Assembly (NCBI GenBank): GCA_964385645.1
Contig: CAYLPT010000072.1
Span: 4,207-68,206, forward strand
Origin: an uncultured bacterium
GTDB taxonomy: Bacteria; Armatimonadota; Hebobacteria; Hebobacterales; Hebobacteraceae
DNA length: 64,000 nucleotides
Direction: 5' to 3'
The notes beneath the pieces are model-generated. The model was not told the DNA's origin and did not search any database. It saw only the letters and a program-made list of their open reading frames with translations. Every line of letters begins with the position of its first letter. The first letter of the stretch is position 1. Made by a program: the position numbers and the translations under genes. Shown piece after piece: positions 32,010-41,270 of this stretch.

Positions 32010-32893
32010 CCGCCCCGGAGGGCGCGCGCAATGGCTCGGAGGTGGGCGGGGGTGGATCCGCAGCACCCGCCGATCAGCGTGGCCCCCAGGTCGCGGAAGC
32101 GCGGCGCCGCCTCGGCCATCGCCTCAGGCGCCTCCGGGAAGACCACGCCCTCGGCCGTCCGCTGCGGCCGGCCGGCGTTGGGCTGCGCGATGAGCGGAAG
32201 CTCGCTCACCGCGCGGAAGGCGCGGATGATCTCCACCATCTCCGCGGGCGAGATGGTCCCGCAGTTCGCGCCTACCACCACCGCGCCTGCGGCCCCCAGC
32301 TCCGCCGCCGCGCGCTCGGGCGTCACCCCGAAGGCCGTGCGCCCGTTAGGGTCGAAGGCCATCGAGGCCACCACCGGCAGGCCTGTCTCCACCGCCGCCT
32401 CGACGGCCAGCACCCCCTCCTCGATCGCGCTCATGGTCTCGACGATGAGCATGTCCACTCCCCCCTCGGCGAGGGCGCGCGCCTGCTCGGCGAAGGCGTC
32501 CCGCGCCGCGGCGGGGTGGAAGTCGCCATAGGGCTCCAGGATCCGCCCCGTGGGGCCGATGCTCCCGGCCGCGAAGGCCCGCTCTCCCGCCACCTCGCGG
32601 GCCAGGCGGGCGCCGGCCGCGTTGAGCTCGACGGTCCGCTCCCCCAGGCCGTGGCGCTCTAGCGCGGGCCGGCTGCCCTGGAAGGTGTTGCTCTGGAGCA
32701 CGTCCGAGCCCGCCTCCAGGAAGCCGCGGTGCACCGCACGCACGCGGTCGGGCTGCTCGACGTTCAGCACCTCGAGCGACCGCCCGGGCGTGTGGCCCTC
32801 CTGGCTCAGGGTCGTCCCCATCGCCCCATCGCCGATGAGGAGGCCCTGGAGAAGGCCCGCCCTCAGCCTGGCTGCCCGCTGCTCGGCCTGCAT
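32006..32893 (-). CDS. homocysteine S-methyltransferase-domain protein (stand-alone)
   Basis: 295 aa from ATG 32891-93. LIGDGAMGTTL, DVLQSNTF, GANCG and LIGGCCGSTPAHL (zinc-site Cys). Confidence 0.85.
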   Translation of the reverse strand: MQAEQRAARLRAGLLQGLLIGDGAMGTTLSQEGHTPGRSLEVLNVEQPDRVRAVHRGFLEAGSDVLQSNTFQGSRPALERHGLGERTVELNAAGARLAREVAGERAFAAGSIGPTGRILEPYGDFHPAAARDAFAEQARALAEGGVDMLIVETMSAIEEGVLAVEAAVETGLPVVASMAFDPNGRTAFGVTPERAAAELGAAGAVVVGANCGTISPAEMVEIIRAFRAVSELPLIAQPNAGRPQRTAEGVVFPEAPEAMAEAAPRFRDLGATLIGGCCGSTPAHLRAIARALRGG

Positions 32894-33037
32894 GGCGGGG
32901 CGATTGTACCCTCGGGTCCTCCGGGCGTCAAGCAAGCGCCGGGGCCCTGTGGGCCCGCCACCCGCCTCCGGGTCAGCGCAGGTGGCGCTGGCTCGGGGTC
33001 GAAGGGTGAGGGGGCGCGACCGGCGCGGGGGAGAGAA

Positions 33038-33805
33038 ATGGACTTCGGCATCATCGGCGGCACGGGTTTCTACCAGACGGGCGGCGAGCCCGGCAAGCGG
33101 ATCGAGGTGGCGACCCCGTATGGGCTCGTGGAGGTGGAGCAGGGGAGCTTCGGCGGGCGCACCGTGGCCTTCGTGGCGCGCCACGGGTGGCAGCACAGCG
33201 TGCCGCCGCACCGCATCAACTACCGGGCGAACGTCTCCGCGCTGCAGCAGCTTGGGGTGACGAGCGTGCTCGCCTCTGCGGCCGTGGGCTCGATGGCGGA
33301 AGCGCTGCCGCCGGGCGCGCTGGCCATCGTCACGCAGTTCCTCGATTTCACGCGGGGCCGGCCGAGCACGTTCTTCGACGGCGACTCAGGCGGGGTCGTG
33401 CATGTGGACATGACCGAGCCCTACTGCCCCCACCTGAGCCGGGAGCTGGCGGCAGCGGCGCAGAGCCTCGGCGAGCAGGTCGCGCCCGCAGCCACGTATG
33501 CCTGCGCGGAGGGCCCGCGCTTCGAGACCGCCGCCGAGATCCGCATGTACCGGATGCTGGGCGCCGACCTGGTCGGCATGACGAACGTGCCCGAGGTGAC
33601 GCTCGCCCGGGAGGCGGGCATCTGCTATGCGACGGTGGCCGTGGTCACCAACTGGGCAGCGGGGGTATCGGAGACGCCGCTCGCGCACGAGGAAGTAAGC
33701 GCCTTCATGGAACGACAGATACCGCGCCTGCGCGCCCTCTTCGAGCGCACCATCGCGGATCATCAAGAAATCGCTTGCTCGTGCCGCCGATGGCGGACCC
33801 TGTAG
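33038..33805 (+). CDS. mtnP: S-methyl-5'-thioadenosine phosphorylase (MTAP/PNP family)
   Basis: 255 aa from ATG 33038. FGIIGGTGFY...VAFVARHG...HRINYRANVSALQQLGV...GPRFETAAEIRMYRMLGADLVGMTNVPEVTLAREAG. Confidence 0.88.
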   Translation: MDFGIIGGTGFYQTGGEPGKRIEVATPYGLVEVEQGSFGGRTVAFVARHGWQHSVPPHRINYRANVSALQQLGVTSVLASAAVGSMAEALPPGALAIVTQFLDFTRGRPSTFFDGDSGGVVHVDMTEPYCPHLSRELAAAAQSLGEQVAPAATYACAEGPRFETAAEIRMYRMLGADLVGMTNVPEVTLAREAGICYATVAVVTNWAAGVSETPLAHEEVSAFMERQIPRLRALFERTIADHQEIACSCRRWRTL

Positions 33806-34734
33806 CCGGTCGGGGTGGCGGAGAAGCCGCACTCTGGTGGGCGGCACTCCAGAGCGTCACTGGCATCGGCCCCGCGAGGGCGCTCCACTTGGCGCGGACC
33901 TTCGGCTCGGCACAGAAGGCTCTGCAGGCCCCCGTCGAGGAGCTGGCCGGCCGGGGCCGGCTCTCGCTCGAGCAGGCGCAGGCGCTGGCCGCGATGTCGG
34001 GGTCTCTCGCGCGGGTCTCTGAGCGGCTCGATCTCTGGCGCCGGGCGGGCATCGAGGCGGTGGCCGTCGAGGATGAGCGCTACCCGGCCGGCCTTCGCGA
34101 CCTGCGGAGCCCGCCGCCGCTGCTGTTCTTGCGGGGTGAGCTGAGGCCAGACGACGGCCGCGCGGTGGCCATCGTCGGCACCCGCGAGCCCAGCCGAGAG
34201 GGGGCGCGGCTCGCCCGCGGCCTCGCAAGGGGACTCGCCGCGCGCGGCTTCACCGTCGTGAGCGGCCTGGCGCGTGGGATCGACACCGCGGGACACCGGG
34301 GCGCGCTCGCCGCGCGCGGGGGGAGGACCATCGCCGTGCTTGGCTCGGGGCTGCTGCGCATCTACCCACCGGAGAACGCCGTGCTCGCGGCCACCATCGC
34401 GCGGCGCGGCTGCCTGATGGCCGAGGTGAGCCCCGACGTGGAGGTGGACCGCCGGCGCCTGCTGGCGCGGGACCGCATCCAGGCAGCGCTGCCGCGCGCC
34501 GTGATCGTCGTCCAGGCCTACGAGCAGTGCGGCAGCATCGTCACCGCACGCCACGCCCGCCAGTGCGGCCGAATGCTGCTGGCGGTCCCGTGGACGGAGC
34601 CGCCATTCTCGCATGGCTGGCAGCGCCTCAGGGAGATGGGCGCGCGCCCCATCGCGGCCGAGGCGGAGCTCGACGACCTGGTGGCCGCGCTGGAGGCGGA
34701 GCCGCCCGTCGGCCCGCAGAGGCCGCTCCTCTAG
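33790..34734 (+). CDS. dprA: DNA processing protein DprA (Smf)
   Basis: 314 aa from ATG 33790, overlapping the MTAP end by 16 nt. YPAGLRDLRSPPPLLFLRGEL...VAIVGTREPS...GFTVVSGLARGIDTAGHRGAL...TIAVLGSGL. Confidence 0.88.
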   Translation: MADPVAGRGGGEAALWWAALQSVTGIGPARALHLARTFGSAQKALQAPVEELAGRGRLSLEQAQALAAMSGSLARVSERLDLWRRAGIEAVAVEDERYPAGLRDLRSPPPLLFLRGELRPDDGRAVAIVGTREPSREGARLARGLARGLAARGFTVVSGLARGIDTAGHRGALAARGGRTIAVLGSGLLRIYPPENAVLAATIARRGCLMAEVSPDVEVDRRRLLARDRIQAALPRAVIVVQAYEQCGSIVTARHARQCGRMLLAVPWTEPPFSHGWQRLREMGARPIAAEAELDDLVAALEAEPPVGPQRPLL

Positions 34735-36914
34735 CGCGCTGGCCGGCCGCGGCGCCGCCGCGGCCACAGCACCAGGGCCGCGCAGGCCGCCGCCGACACC
34801 AGGGTAAGGGCGCGGCCGACCAGGAATCCCGTCGGCCGATACAGGAACTCGACGGTGTGCTCTCCGGCCGGCGTCACCGCCCCCATGAGGACCCCGTTCA
34901 CCTTCAGCAGCGGCGCCGGCCGCCCGTCCACGCGGGCACGCCACCCCCGGTCCCACCGCTCGTTCAGCACCACCAGCGTTGGCCCGCTGGCTTCGGTGTG
35001 CGCGATGACCCACTCTGGCCTGCGCACCTCGGTCGCGAGGCTGACCGTCGCCCCAGGCTCGAGCTGGAGTCCGTCCAGCTCGCCCTCGACCACTGCGACG
35101 TCGCGCAGGCGCCCGGCGCGGGCCAGCTCTGTCGTCCTGAAGTAGGCCTCGATCGGGTCCGCCGCAGCCACCACCTCGCCCGCTGTGAACACGTGCGGGA
35201 ACGCGCCCGGATTGCGGTAGACGGTGAAGGGCCCGGCCTGTACGCCCTCCAGCTCCGGGAAGCTGGTCCCGCCCCCGACCGCTAAGTACTTAGCGCCAAG
35301 AAGAGAGAGCAGCGACAGGTCCTTGTGCAGCACCGCGTCGAGGAAGGCGGCGTTGAACAGCGGCGCCTGCTGGCGGTCCACGAACGCCGCATAGCCGTCC
35401 AGGGTCCTCAGTCCATAGGACATAGGTACGTTCGGCGGCAGCAGCCTGCGCGCCTCCGCCCACCCGTCCGGGTTCGTCGCCCAGCCGCCGGGGGGAACCC
35501 ATTCGGCATCCACCCGCTGCGGTGGCAAAATGTGCACGCGCGCCCAGTCTGGATCCTCGCCAACAAGCTCCGCCACAGGGTGGGGGGTGGTCAGTATCCG
35601 CGGATCGGCGAGCGGCGCGAGGGTGCGGCCGAACGCCCACAGGTCGAGCACCGAGGCGGCTGCCACCGCGCCTCCAAGCACTATCGCGCGGCGCCCGCGA
35701 CCCACCGCGGGTAGTCGTGCGATGGTCTCCCAGCCGTATCCGACGAGTAGCGCTGCCGCGAGCGTGAAGAGGAAGATGAAGCGGGCGGGCACTCGGAAGT
35801 CACCGAAGCCGGGGAGGTGGCGAAGAAGCTCGTAGAGCGGATTGTTGCGGGCGAGCGCGAGAAGCAGCGCGGCCGCCGCGAGCCCGGCCAGCGGCCAGGC
35901 GCGGCGCTGCGTACCGCCCACAAGCGCCAGCGCGAGTGGCGCGATACCGAGGTACAGGACGTACTCCCAGTAGTAGGGTCGGCCGCTATAGGTGTCATCG
36001 GCCGGCGTGCCCTGCCAGTTAGGGGCGACCAGCCCGATCAGGTGCTCGGGACGCAGAGAGAAAGACGTGATGTAGCCGAGGTCGCCGCGCCCGGCGCGGG
36101 GCGCGGCCGCGGCCAGCTCGGCGGTGGGCAGAAGCTGCACCGCGGCCAGCCCCGCCCCCAGCGCCAGCGTGCCCGCGGCAACGATGAGGGCGGTCCGCAG
36201 CGGCCAGCGCCGCGCGCGGCGCGCCCTCTCGACGGTTCGCCACCCGACCCAGAAGAGCACTGCGAGGGTGATGTGGAAGAGCGTCTGAGGGTGCCCCGCC
36301 AGCGCCGCCATGGAGCACGCGAGGCCCGCGAGCGCGATGTTCCGCGCCATCGGCCCGCGCCAGGCCCGCTCGACGAATACCAGGATCACCGGGAGCCACG
36401 CCGCGGCGCAGATCAGGCTGACGTGGTGGAGATGGGAGAGCAGATAGCCGCTAAGTGAGAACACCAGCCCCGAGAGCCACGCGGCGGACGGTGAGCACCC
36501 GAGAGTGCGCGCCAGCGCGTAGGCCCCGAGACCGGCCGCAAGAAGGTGGACGGCCAGCAGCCAGCCGATGGCCGCGGGGGAGGGGAGGAGCCAGGAGAGA
36601 GCGAGGGAGAGGGGGTGGAAGGCCGCGATCTGGCCCTCTGCGGCGAGCGGGTAGCCGCACATGATGTGGGGGCACCACAGGGGGAGCCGTCCGGCGCGAA
36701 GCGATTCGTGCATGAACCCCTTGACGGGTTCGAAGAAGAAGAGAAGGTCGCCGTGGATGAACGCGCCGCGGAGGGTTAGCGCCCGCCAGAAGAAGGCCAG
36801 GTGCACGAGCGCGAGAGCGCCCACGGCCAGCGAGTCCCACCCCCTTCTGGCAGCCGGTCCCGCCCCCGAGTGCCCATCCAGGCCTGCACTGCTCCGCCTC
36901 TGTCTCTGTGGCAT
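34731..36914 (-). CDS. YfhO-family polytopic membrane protein (glycosyltransferase candidate)
   Basis: 727 aa, many TM. GDLLFFFEPVKGFMHESLRAGRLPLWCPHIMCGYPLAAEGQIAAFHPLSL matches the YfhO N-terminal pattern. Large C-terminal extracytoplasmic part. Confidence 0.65.
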   Translation of the reverse strand: MPQRQRRSSAGLDGHSGAGPAARRGWDSLAVGALALVHLAFFWRALTLRGAFIHGDLLFFFEPVKGFMHESLRAGRLPLWCPHIMCGYPLAAEGQIAAFHPLSLALSWLLPSPAAIGWLLAVHLLAAGLGAYALARTLGCSPSAAWLSGLVFSLSGYLLSHLHHVSLICAAAWLPVILVFVERAWRGPMARNIALAGLACSMAALAGHPQTLFHITLAVLFWVGWRTVERARRARRWPLRTALIVAAGTLALGAGLAAVQLLPTAELAAAAPRAGRGDLGYITSFSLRPEHLIGLVAPNWQGTPADDTYSGRPYYWEYVLYLGIAPLALALVGGTQRRAWPLAGLAAAALLLALARNNPLYELLRHLPGFGDFRVPARFIFLFTLAAALLVGYGWETIARLPAVGRGRRAIVLGGAVAAASVLDLWAFGRTLAPLADPRILTTPHPVAELVGEDPDWARVHILPPQRVDAEWVPPGGWATNPDGWAEARRLLPPNVPMSYGLRTLDGYAAFVDRQQAPLFNAAFLDAVLHKDLSLLSLLGAKYLAVGGGTSFPELEGVQAGPFTVYRNPGAFPHVFTAGEVVAAADPIEAYFRTTELARAGRLRDVAVVEGELDGLQLEPGATVSLATEVRRPEWVIAHTEASGPTLVVLNERWDRGWRARVDGRPAPLLKVNGVLMGAVTPAGEHTVEFLYRPTGFLVGRALTLVSAAACAALVLWPRRRRGRPAR

Positions 36915-36917
36915 TCC

Positions 36918-38024
36918 TTAGTGCCGATAGCGGCCTCGGCCGGTCCAGCCCGATACCCGCGCGATAACCGCATCGGCCTGCTCGCGTTCTCTGACGCCGT
37001 GGACGCTGAGCCACACTCCCTCCGGCCGCAGACTCTCCATGAACAGGTCGAGCTCGTCTGGGGCGAGTCCGATCTGAAGCCCCTTTCCCGCCGCCTGGCA
37101 CTTAGTGTAAACCTCCAACCAGTCGGAGGCGCGGCCGTTCCCCTCGCCGTAGACCCACTGGATGGCGGTAAGCTCCGGGATCTCGAGCAGCGCGTCCAGG
37201 TGCTTAAGCGCGCCCGGCCCGTCGAGGTGGTAGAGCGCGGCCTCGTAGTGGCGGCACTCCTCGGCGATGCTCTCGAGGAACACGTCGCGGAACATCCGAG
37301 GCGAGATCATGCAAGAGAAGTCGTTCGACGGCACCAGCCAGCGCTTGGTGGACACGATGCCCGCCCAAGTGCAGATCGGCTGGCGGGCCGCGCGCAGCTT
37401 ATCATGGTAGCAGTCGTACACGCGGAGGTAGACGTCGGTGACGTACCGTAGGAGCGACTTGACCTGCTCCGGCCGTTCCACCATGTCGAAGTTCAGGCGC
37501 ATGGGATCGCGGAAGGCCGCGATGGCATCGGCCCCGGGGTGAAGGTCGGTGATGCCGGTGTAGAACTTGCCCTTGCCGGCGGCGAGGAGTGCGTCGGTGA
37601 TCTCCAGGATCTTGCGCCAGTAGACGTTGTCCTCGCTGAAGCGGACCTTGTCCACCTGCGACCAGTCGTCGAGGATGGGCACAGACCAGGATGTTTCCTC
37701 GCCAAACTCCAGCTCGCAGCCGAAGAACGCACTGAAGACCTCCGGCCCGAGATTGGGGTAGGCGTGGGGGAGGGCATCGCCGAGGTACTCGGTGTTCATG
37801 GCTGTCGCGAGCGCCACCTCCGCCGCCCGCCCCGCGTCCATCCAGCGCTCGCGCAGGGAGGCATACGGCCGCTCCGCCGGGTAGGGGTAGTCCGAGTCCC
37901 GCTTGGGGACTGTGATACATACCACCGGGCGGTCAATGATCTCGCGGCTCCAGAAGGCGTCCTGGCGGGCGAGCCTCTGCTCCCAGTCAGGGATGCGCTC
38001 GATGGGCATGACGTCTCGGTGCAT
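36918..38024 (-). CDS. hypothetical cytoplasmic protein, URO-D/MtaA-like TIM-barrel candidate
   Basis: 368 aa from ATG 38022-24 (GGAGGAG SD). The stop lies 3 nt before the YfhO start. The overall pattern (..LHPGADAIAAF.., ..YHLDGPGALKHLDALLEIPELTAIQWVYG..) resembles uroporphyrinogen-decarboxylase-like families. Weak assignment. Confidence 0.4.
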   Translation of the reverse strand: MHRDVMPIERIPDWEQRLARQDAFWSREIIDRPVVCITVPKRDSDYPYPAERPYASLRERWMDAGRAAEVALATAMNTEYLGDALPHAYPNLGPEVFSAFFGCELEFGEETSWSVPILDDWSQVDKVRFSEDNVYWRKILEITDALLAAGKGKFYTGITDLHPGADAIAAFRDPMRLNFDMVERPEQVKSLLRYVTDVYLRVYDCYHDKLRAARQPICTWAGIVSTKRWLVPSNDFSCMISPRMFRDVFLESIAEECRHYEAALYHLDGPGALKHLDALLEIPELTAIQWVYGEGNGRASDWLEVYTKCQAAGKGLQIGLAPDELDLFMESLRPEGVWLSVHGVREREQADAVIARVSGWTGRGRYRH

Positions 38025-38210
38025 GCTGGCGTCTCCTCCGGCTGTCACTCCCCCCTTGATTCTTCCTCGCGTGCCCAGGCACCTCCGTTGTCGTGCGGCC
38101 CCGGGGGCTGACGCGCGTGGCCCTGCGGGGAGGGCGCCGGCCCTGGGCGGTCGAAACGTAGAGAGGGCGCGCCCGCTGCCGGTGGCCGCACCTGCACACT
38201 CTCACACCCC

Positions 38211-39590
38211 ATGGGATGGCACCCGATGGAGAACGACGCCACACGGACACTCGTGTCCGAGATCGAGGAGCTCTTCGCCGCGCGCGACTGGGCTGGCCTG
38301 CGTCGGCGGTTGGCGGAGACGCCTGCCCCCGAGGTGGCCGATGTGCTGGGGGAGCTGGGGAAGGCCGAGCGCGCCTTCGCCTTTCGTCTCCTGCCGCGCG
38401 AGCTGGCGGCAGAGGTGCTGTCGTTGCTGGAGCCGTCGCAGCAGAACGCCCTGCTGACCGACCTGAACGAGGACGAGACGCGCCAACTGCTGGCGACCAT
38501 GCGGCCGGACGACCGCACGCAGCTCCTCGAGGAGCTGCCGGGCATGGCTACCCAGCGCCTGCTCAACCTGCTGAGCGCCTCGGACCTTGCGGAGGCGCGT
38601 CACCTGCTGGGCTACCCGGAGGACAGCGTTGGGCGCCTGATGACGCCCGACTACGTGGCGGTGCGGCCCCACTGGACGGTTGGGCAGGCGCTCCAGCACA
38701 TCCGCCGCCGGGGCCGCGACAGCGAGACCATCAACACCATCTACGTCACCGACGATCACTGGGTGCTGCAGGACGCGGTGGAACTGCGCCGCTTCATCCT
38801 CGCCGACCCCGAGGCGCCGGTGTCGGAGATCATGGACCACTCCTTCGTGAGCGTGTCCGCCTTCGCGGATCGGGAGGAGTCGGTGCGCTTGATCCAGCGC
38901 TACGATCTGGACGCCCTGCCGGTGGTGGGCTCTGACGGGGTGCTGCTGGGCATCGTGACCATCGACGACGTCCTCGATGTGGCGGAGGAGGAGACGACCG
39001 AGGACTTCCACAAGACGGCGGCCATCGCGCCCCTGCTGGGCAGCTACCGGGAGGCGACCGTGTGGTCGGTGTTCCGAAGGCGGGTGGGGTGGCTGCTGGT
39101 GCTGGTGGTGGTCAACCTCGCCTCCTCGGGGGTGATCGCCGCCTACGAGGAGGTGCTCGCCTCAACGATCGCGCTCGCCTTCTTCATCCCCTTGCTCATT
39201 GACAGCGGCGGCAACGCCGGAGCGCAGTCGGCCACCCTCATGGTGCGCGCCCTCGCCACCGGCGACCTCCACATGCGCCACTGGCTGGCCACGCTGGGCA
39301 AGGAGGTCGGCATCGGGGCCTTCCTCGGGGTGTCCATGGGGCTGGCCAGCGCGCTGCTCGGGCTGTTCCGGGGCGGACCGACGGTGGCCATCATCGTCGG
39401 GCTGTCCATGATCTCGATCGTGCTCACCGCCAACCTGATCGGAGTGGTGCTGCCCTTCCTCCTGACCCGCCTGAGGGTGGACCCCGCGGTGGCGAGCAGC
39501 CCGCTGATCACTACCCTCGCCGACGCGACGGGGCTGCTGATCTACTTCTCGATCGCCACCGCCATCATGGGCCGGGTGCACGCGGCCTGA
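38211..39590 (+). CDS. mgtE: magnesium transporter MgtE
   Basis: 459 aa with MgtE-N domain, CBS pair and 5 TM. PLLIDSGGNAGAQSATLMVRALATGD and PLITTLADATGLLIYF. Confidence 0.93.
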   Translation: MGWHPMENDATRTLVSEIEELFAARDWAGLRRRLAETPAPEVADVLGELGKAERAFAFRLLPRELAAEVLSLLEPSQQNALLTDLNEDETRQLLATMRPDDRTQLLEELPGMATQRLLNLLSASDLAEARHLLGYPEDSVGRLMTPDYVAVRPHWTVGQALQHIRRRGRDSETINTIYVTDDHWVLQDAVELRRFILADPEAPVSEIMDHSFVSVSAFADREESVRLIQRYDLDALPVVGSDGVLLGIVTIDDVLDVAEEETTEDFHKTAAIAPLLGSYREATVWSVFRRRVGWLLVLVVVNLASSGVIAAYEEVLASTIALAFFIPLLIDSGGNAGAQSATLMVRALATGDLHMRHWLATLGKEVGIGAFLGVSMGLASALLGLFRGGPTVAIIVGLSMISIVLTANLIGVVLPFLLTRLRVDPAVASSPLITTLADATGLLIYFSIATAIMGRVHAA

Positions 39591-39600
39591 GGCGCCCCCG

Positions 39601-40932
39601 TCACCCGGGCCCGGGCACGCGAAGCCACAGGTAGGCCGGCGACTCGTTCACCACCAGCCGAACCCCTCCGTCGGCGGCGCTCTCCCACTGGACGGGCTCG
39701 ACCGCTCCCTCGGCCAGCGGCATGCGCTCGGCGCGTACGACGGCCCCCGGCGGTCGGGGCAGGGCGACCTCGCGCTCGCGCCCGGAGCCCGTGGGCGACC
39801 ACGCGACCCAGATGCGATCGCCCTCGTCGTCGCCGCGGCGGAACTCGTAGAGGTAGAGGTCGCCGGCGTCCTCCACCAGCGCACGCGCGAATCGGTACTC
39901 GCCCAGCGTGCGGTGGAGGTGGGCGACGGCGTGGAAGGCGGGCTTGGGCTGGTAGTGGCGGGTGAGCCCTGAGGAGCCATGCACCTGCGGCTCGTCCTGG
40001 TCATCGAACCAGAAGATGTAGGCGCGCTCGACCCCCATCGCCGAGAACACCAGGAAGGAGCGTACCAGGTACTGCGCCTGCTCGGTCTCGGTGGAGCCGA
40101 CCCACTGGCTGAACTCCCCGGTCGGCAGCGCCTCCTTCGTGGAGGCGTCCCAGCCGAACTCCGTCACCCACACTTCCTTGCCGGGGGCATGGACATCTCG
40201 CCACTCCTGCACCGCCTGCACATCGGTGAGATAGGTGAGCGCGGGGTCCTCGGGGTAGCTGCGCCGCCAGGTGGGCCAGTTCTCCACATGAGCGTAGGTG
40301 TGCACGGCGATGGCGTCGTAGAGGTCCTCCAGCCCCTCGAGGGTGGACAGGCCCTTCGCGTAACGATGGCTCGGGCCGGCGGTGGCGGCGCAGGTCACGA
40401 TCCTGAGCCGGGGATCGCCCTTGCGGATGCCGCGGGCCATGTGCTCGAATATCTCGCGGTAGGTTGCGTCGTCCATCAGGCCCGGCTCGTTGCCGATCTG
40501 AACCGCCTCGACCAGCCTCTGGGTGCCCGAAGGGCCGAAGAAGCGGGCGAAGGCCAGCCCGTAGGCGTAGGCGTCGCGGGCCAGGTCGTGCCACTCGCCG
40601 GCCAGGAAGTCGTCGAGCACCACGCAGACTAGGGTCTCGTAGCCGGACTCCCTCCAGCCACCGTAGAGCTCCTCCCAGTTCACCTGGTTGCGGGCGAAGG
40701 GGAAGCGCGGGGCGTAGTTGGTGTCCCGGCCGATGTCCCACTCCAGGCCGTGGTAGTTGCGCACCAGCCGGCACACCGGCCGATAGAGCTCCGGCCTGAA
40801 GAGCACCGTGTGCACGACGAGCCCCATGGAGTCGCGCAACACCGGCCCGGCGACCGACCGGGGCGGTGGCGCGTCGGCGGCCGCCACGACCATCAGCCAG
40901 AGCACGGCGAGCACAAACCAGGGTCTGCTCAT
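39601..40932 (-). CDS. secreted clan GH-A-like glycoside hydrolase
   Basis: 443 aa from ATG 40930-32. Signal peptide MSRPWFVLAVLWLMVVAAADA. IGNEP (acid/base Glu context) and VWVTEFGWD (nucleophile Glu context). GH family not determinable by eye. Confidence 0.6.
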   Translation of the reverse strand: MSRPWFVLAVLWLMVVAAADAPPPRSVAGPVLRDSMGLVVHTVLFRPELYRPVCRLVRNYHGLEWDIGRDTNYAPRFPFARNQVNWEELYGGWRESGYETLVCVVLDDFLAGEWHDLARDAYAYGLAFARFFGPSGTQRLVEAVQIGNEPGLMDDATYREIFEHMARGIRKGDPRLRIVTCAATAGPSHRYAKGLSTLEGLEDLYDAIAVHTYAHVENWPTWRRSYPEDPALTYLTDVQAVQEWRDVHAPGKEVWVTEFGWDASTKEALPTGEFSQWVGSTETEQAQYLVRSFLVFSAMGVERAYIFWFDDQDEPQVHGSSGLTRHYQPKPAFHAVAHLHRTLGEYRFARALVEDAGDLYLYEFRRGDDEGDRIWVAWSPTGSGREREVALPRPPGAVVRAERMPLAEGAVEPVQWESAADGGVRLVVNESPAYLWLRVPGPG

Positions 40933-41270
40933 TGCCGCTCCCATGCAAGTGCCTGGCGCAGGCGGGCAGGGGAGGAGCGGGAAGAACCTCACTGATCCTG
41001 CACCTGGCCGCCACGCGCCGCTCCTCCATGGCACTACGCCGCCGGCGTCCACCAGCCCTCCCGCGCATCCCGCATCGCCAGGTACAGCCGTCGGGCGGAG
41101 TCTGCGGTTGCCGGCGGCTCCGCTGGCGGCCTGCCCAGGAGCGGAGGCCCGTACATGCGGTCCGGGCCGAGCAGCGCTTCGAGCGCGGGCGTTTCACGTC
41201 CGATAATATATCTTATGTTACCTTTAGCCACATCGCCTCCTGGCGGGGACAGCTCTTCGGGGTGATGGGG

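Noticed and set aside
32894-33037. Possible SAM or SAH riboswitch between the divergent homocysteine methyltransferase and MTAP genes
   Set aside because: No SAM-I, SAM-II or SAH consensus elements are recognisable by eye, and the 144-nt spacer must hold two promoters.
38049-38210. Possible M-box (Mg) riboswitch upstream of mgtE
   Set aside because: The 162-nt divergent spacer lacks the conserved M-box sequence blocks I can recall, and mgtE's upstream region is partly promoter for the opposite gene. An Infernal scan would be needed to exclude it formally.
41034-41231. 65-aa minus-strand ORF MAKGNIRYIIGRETPALEALL...
   Set aside because: Codon usage in its first third is very atypical for this genome, there is no SD, and it overlaps the AT-rich putative promoter patch. 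It is kept only as part of a finding.
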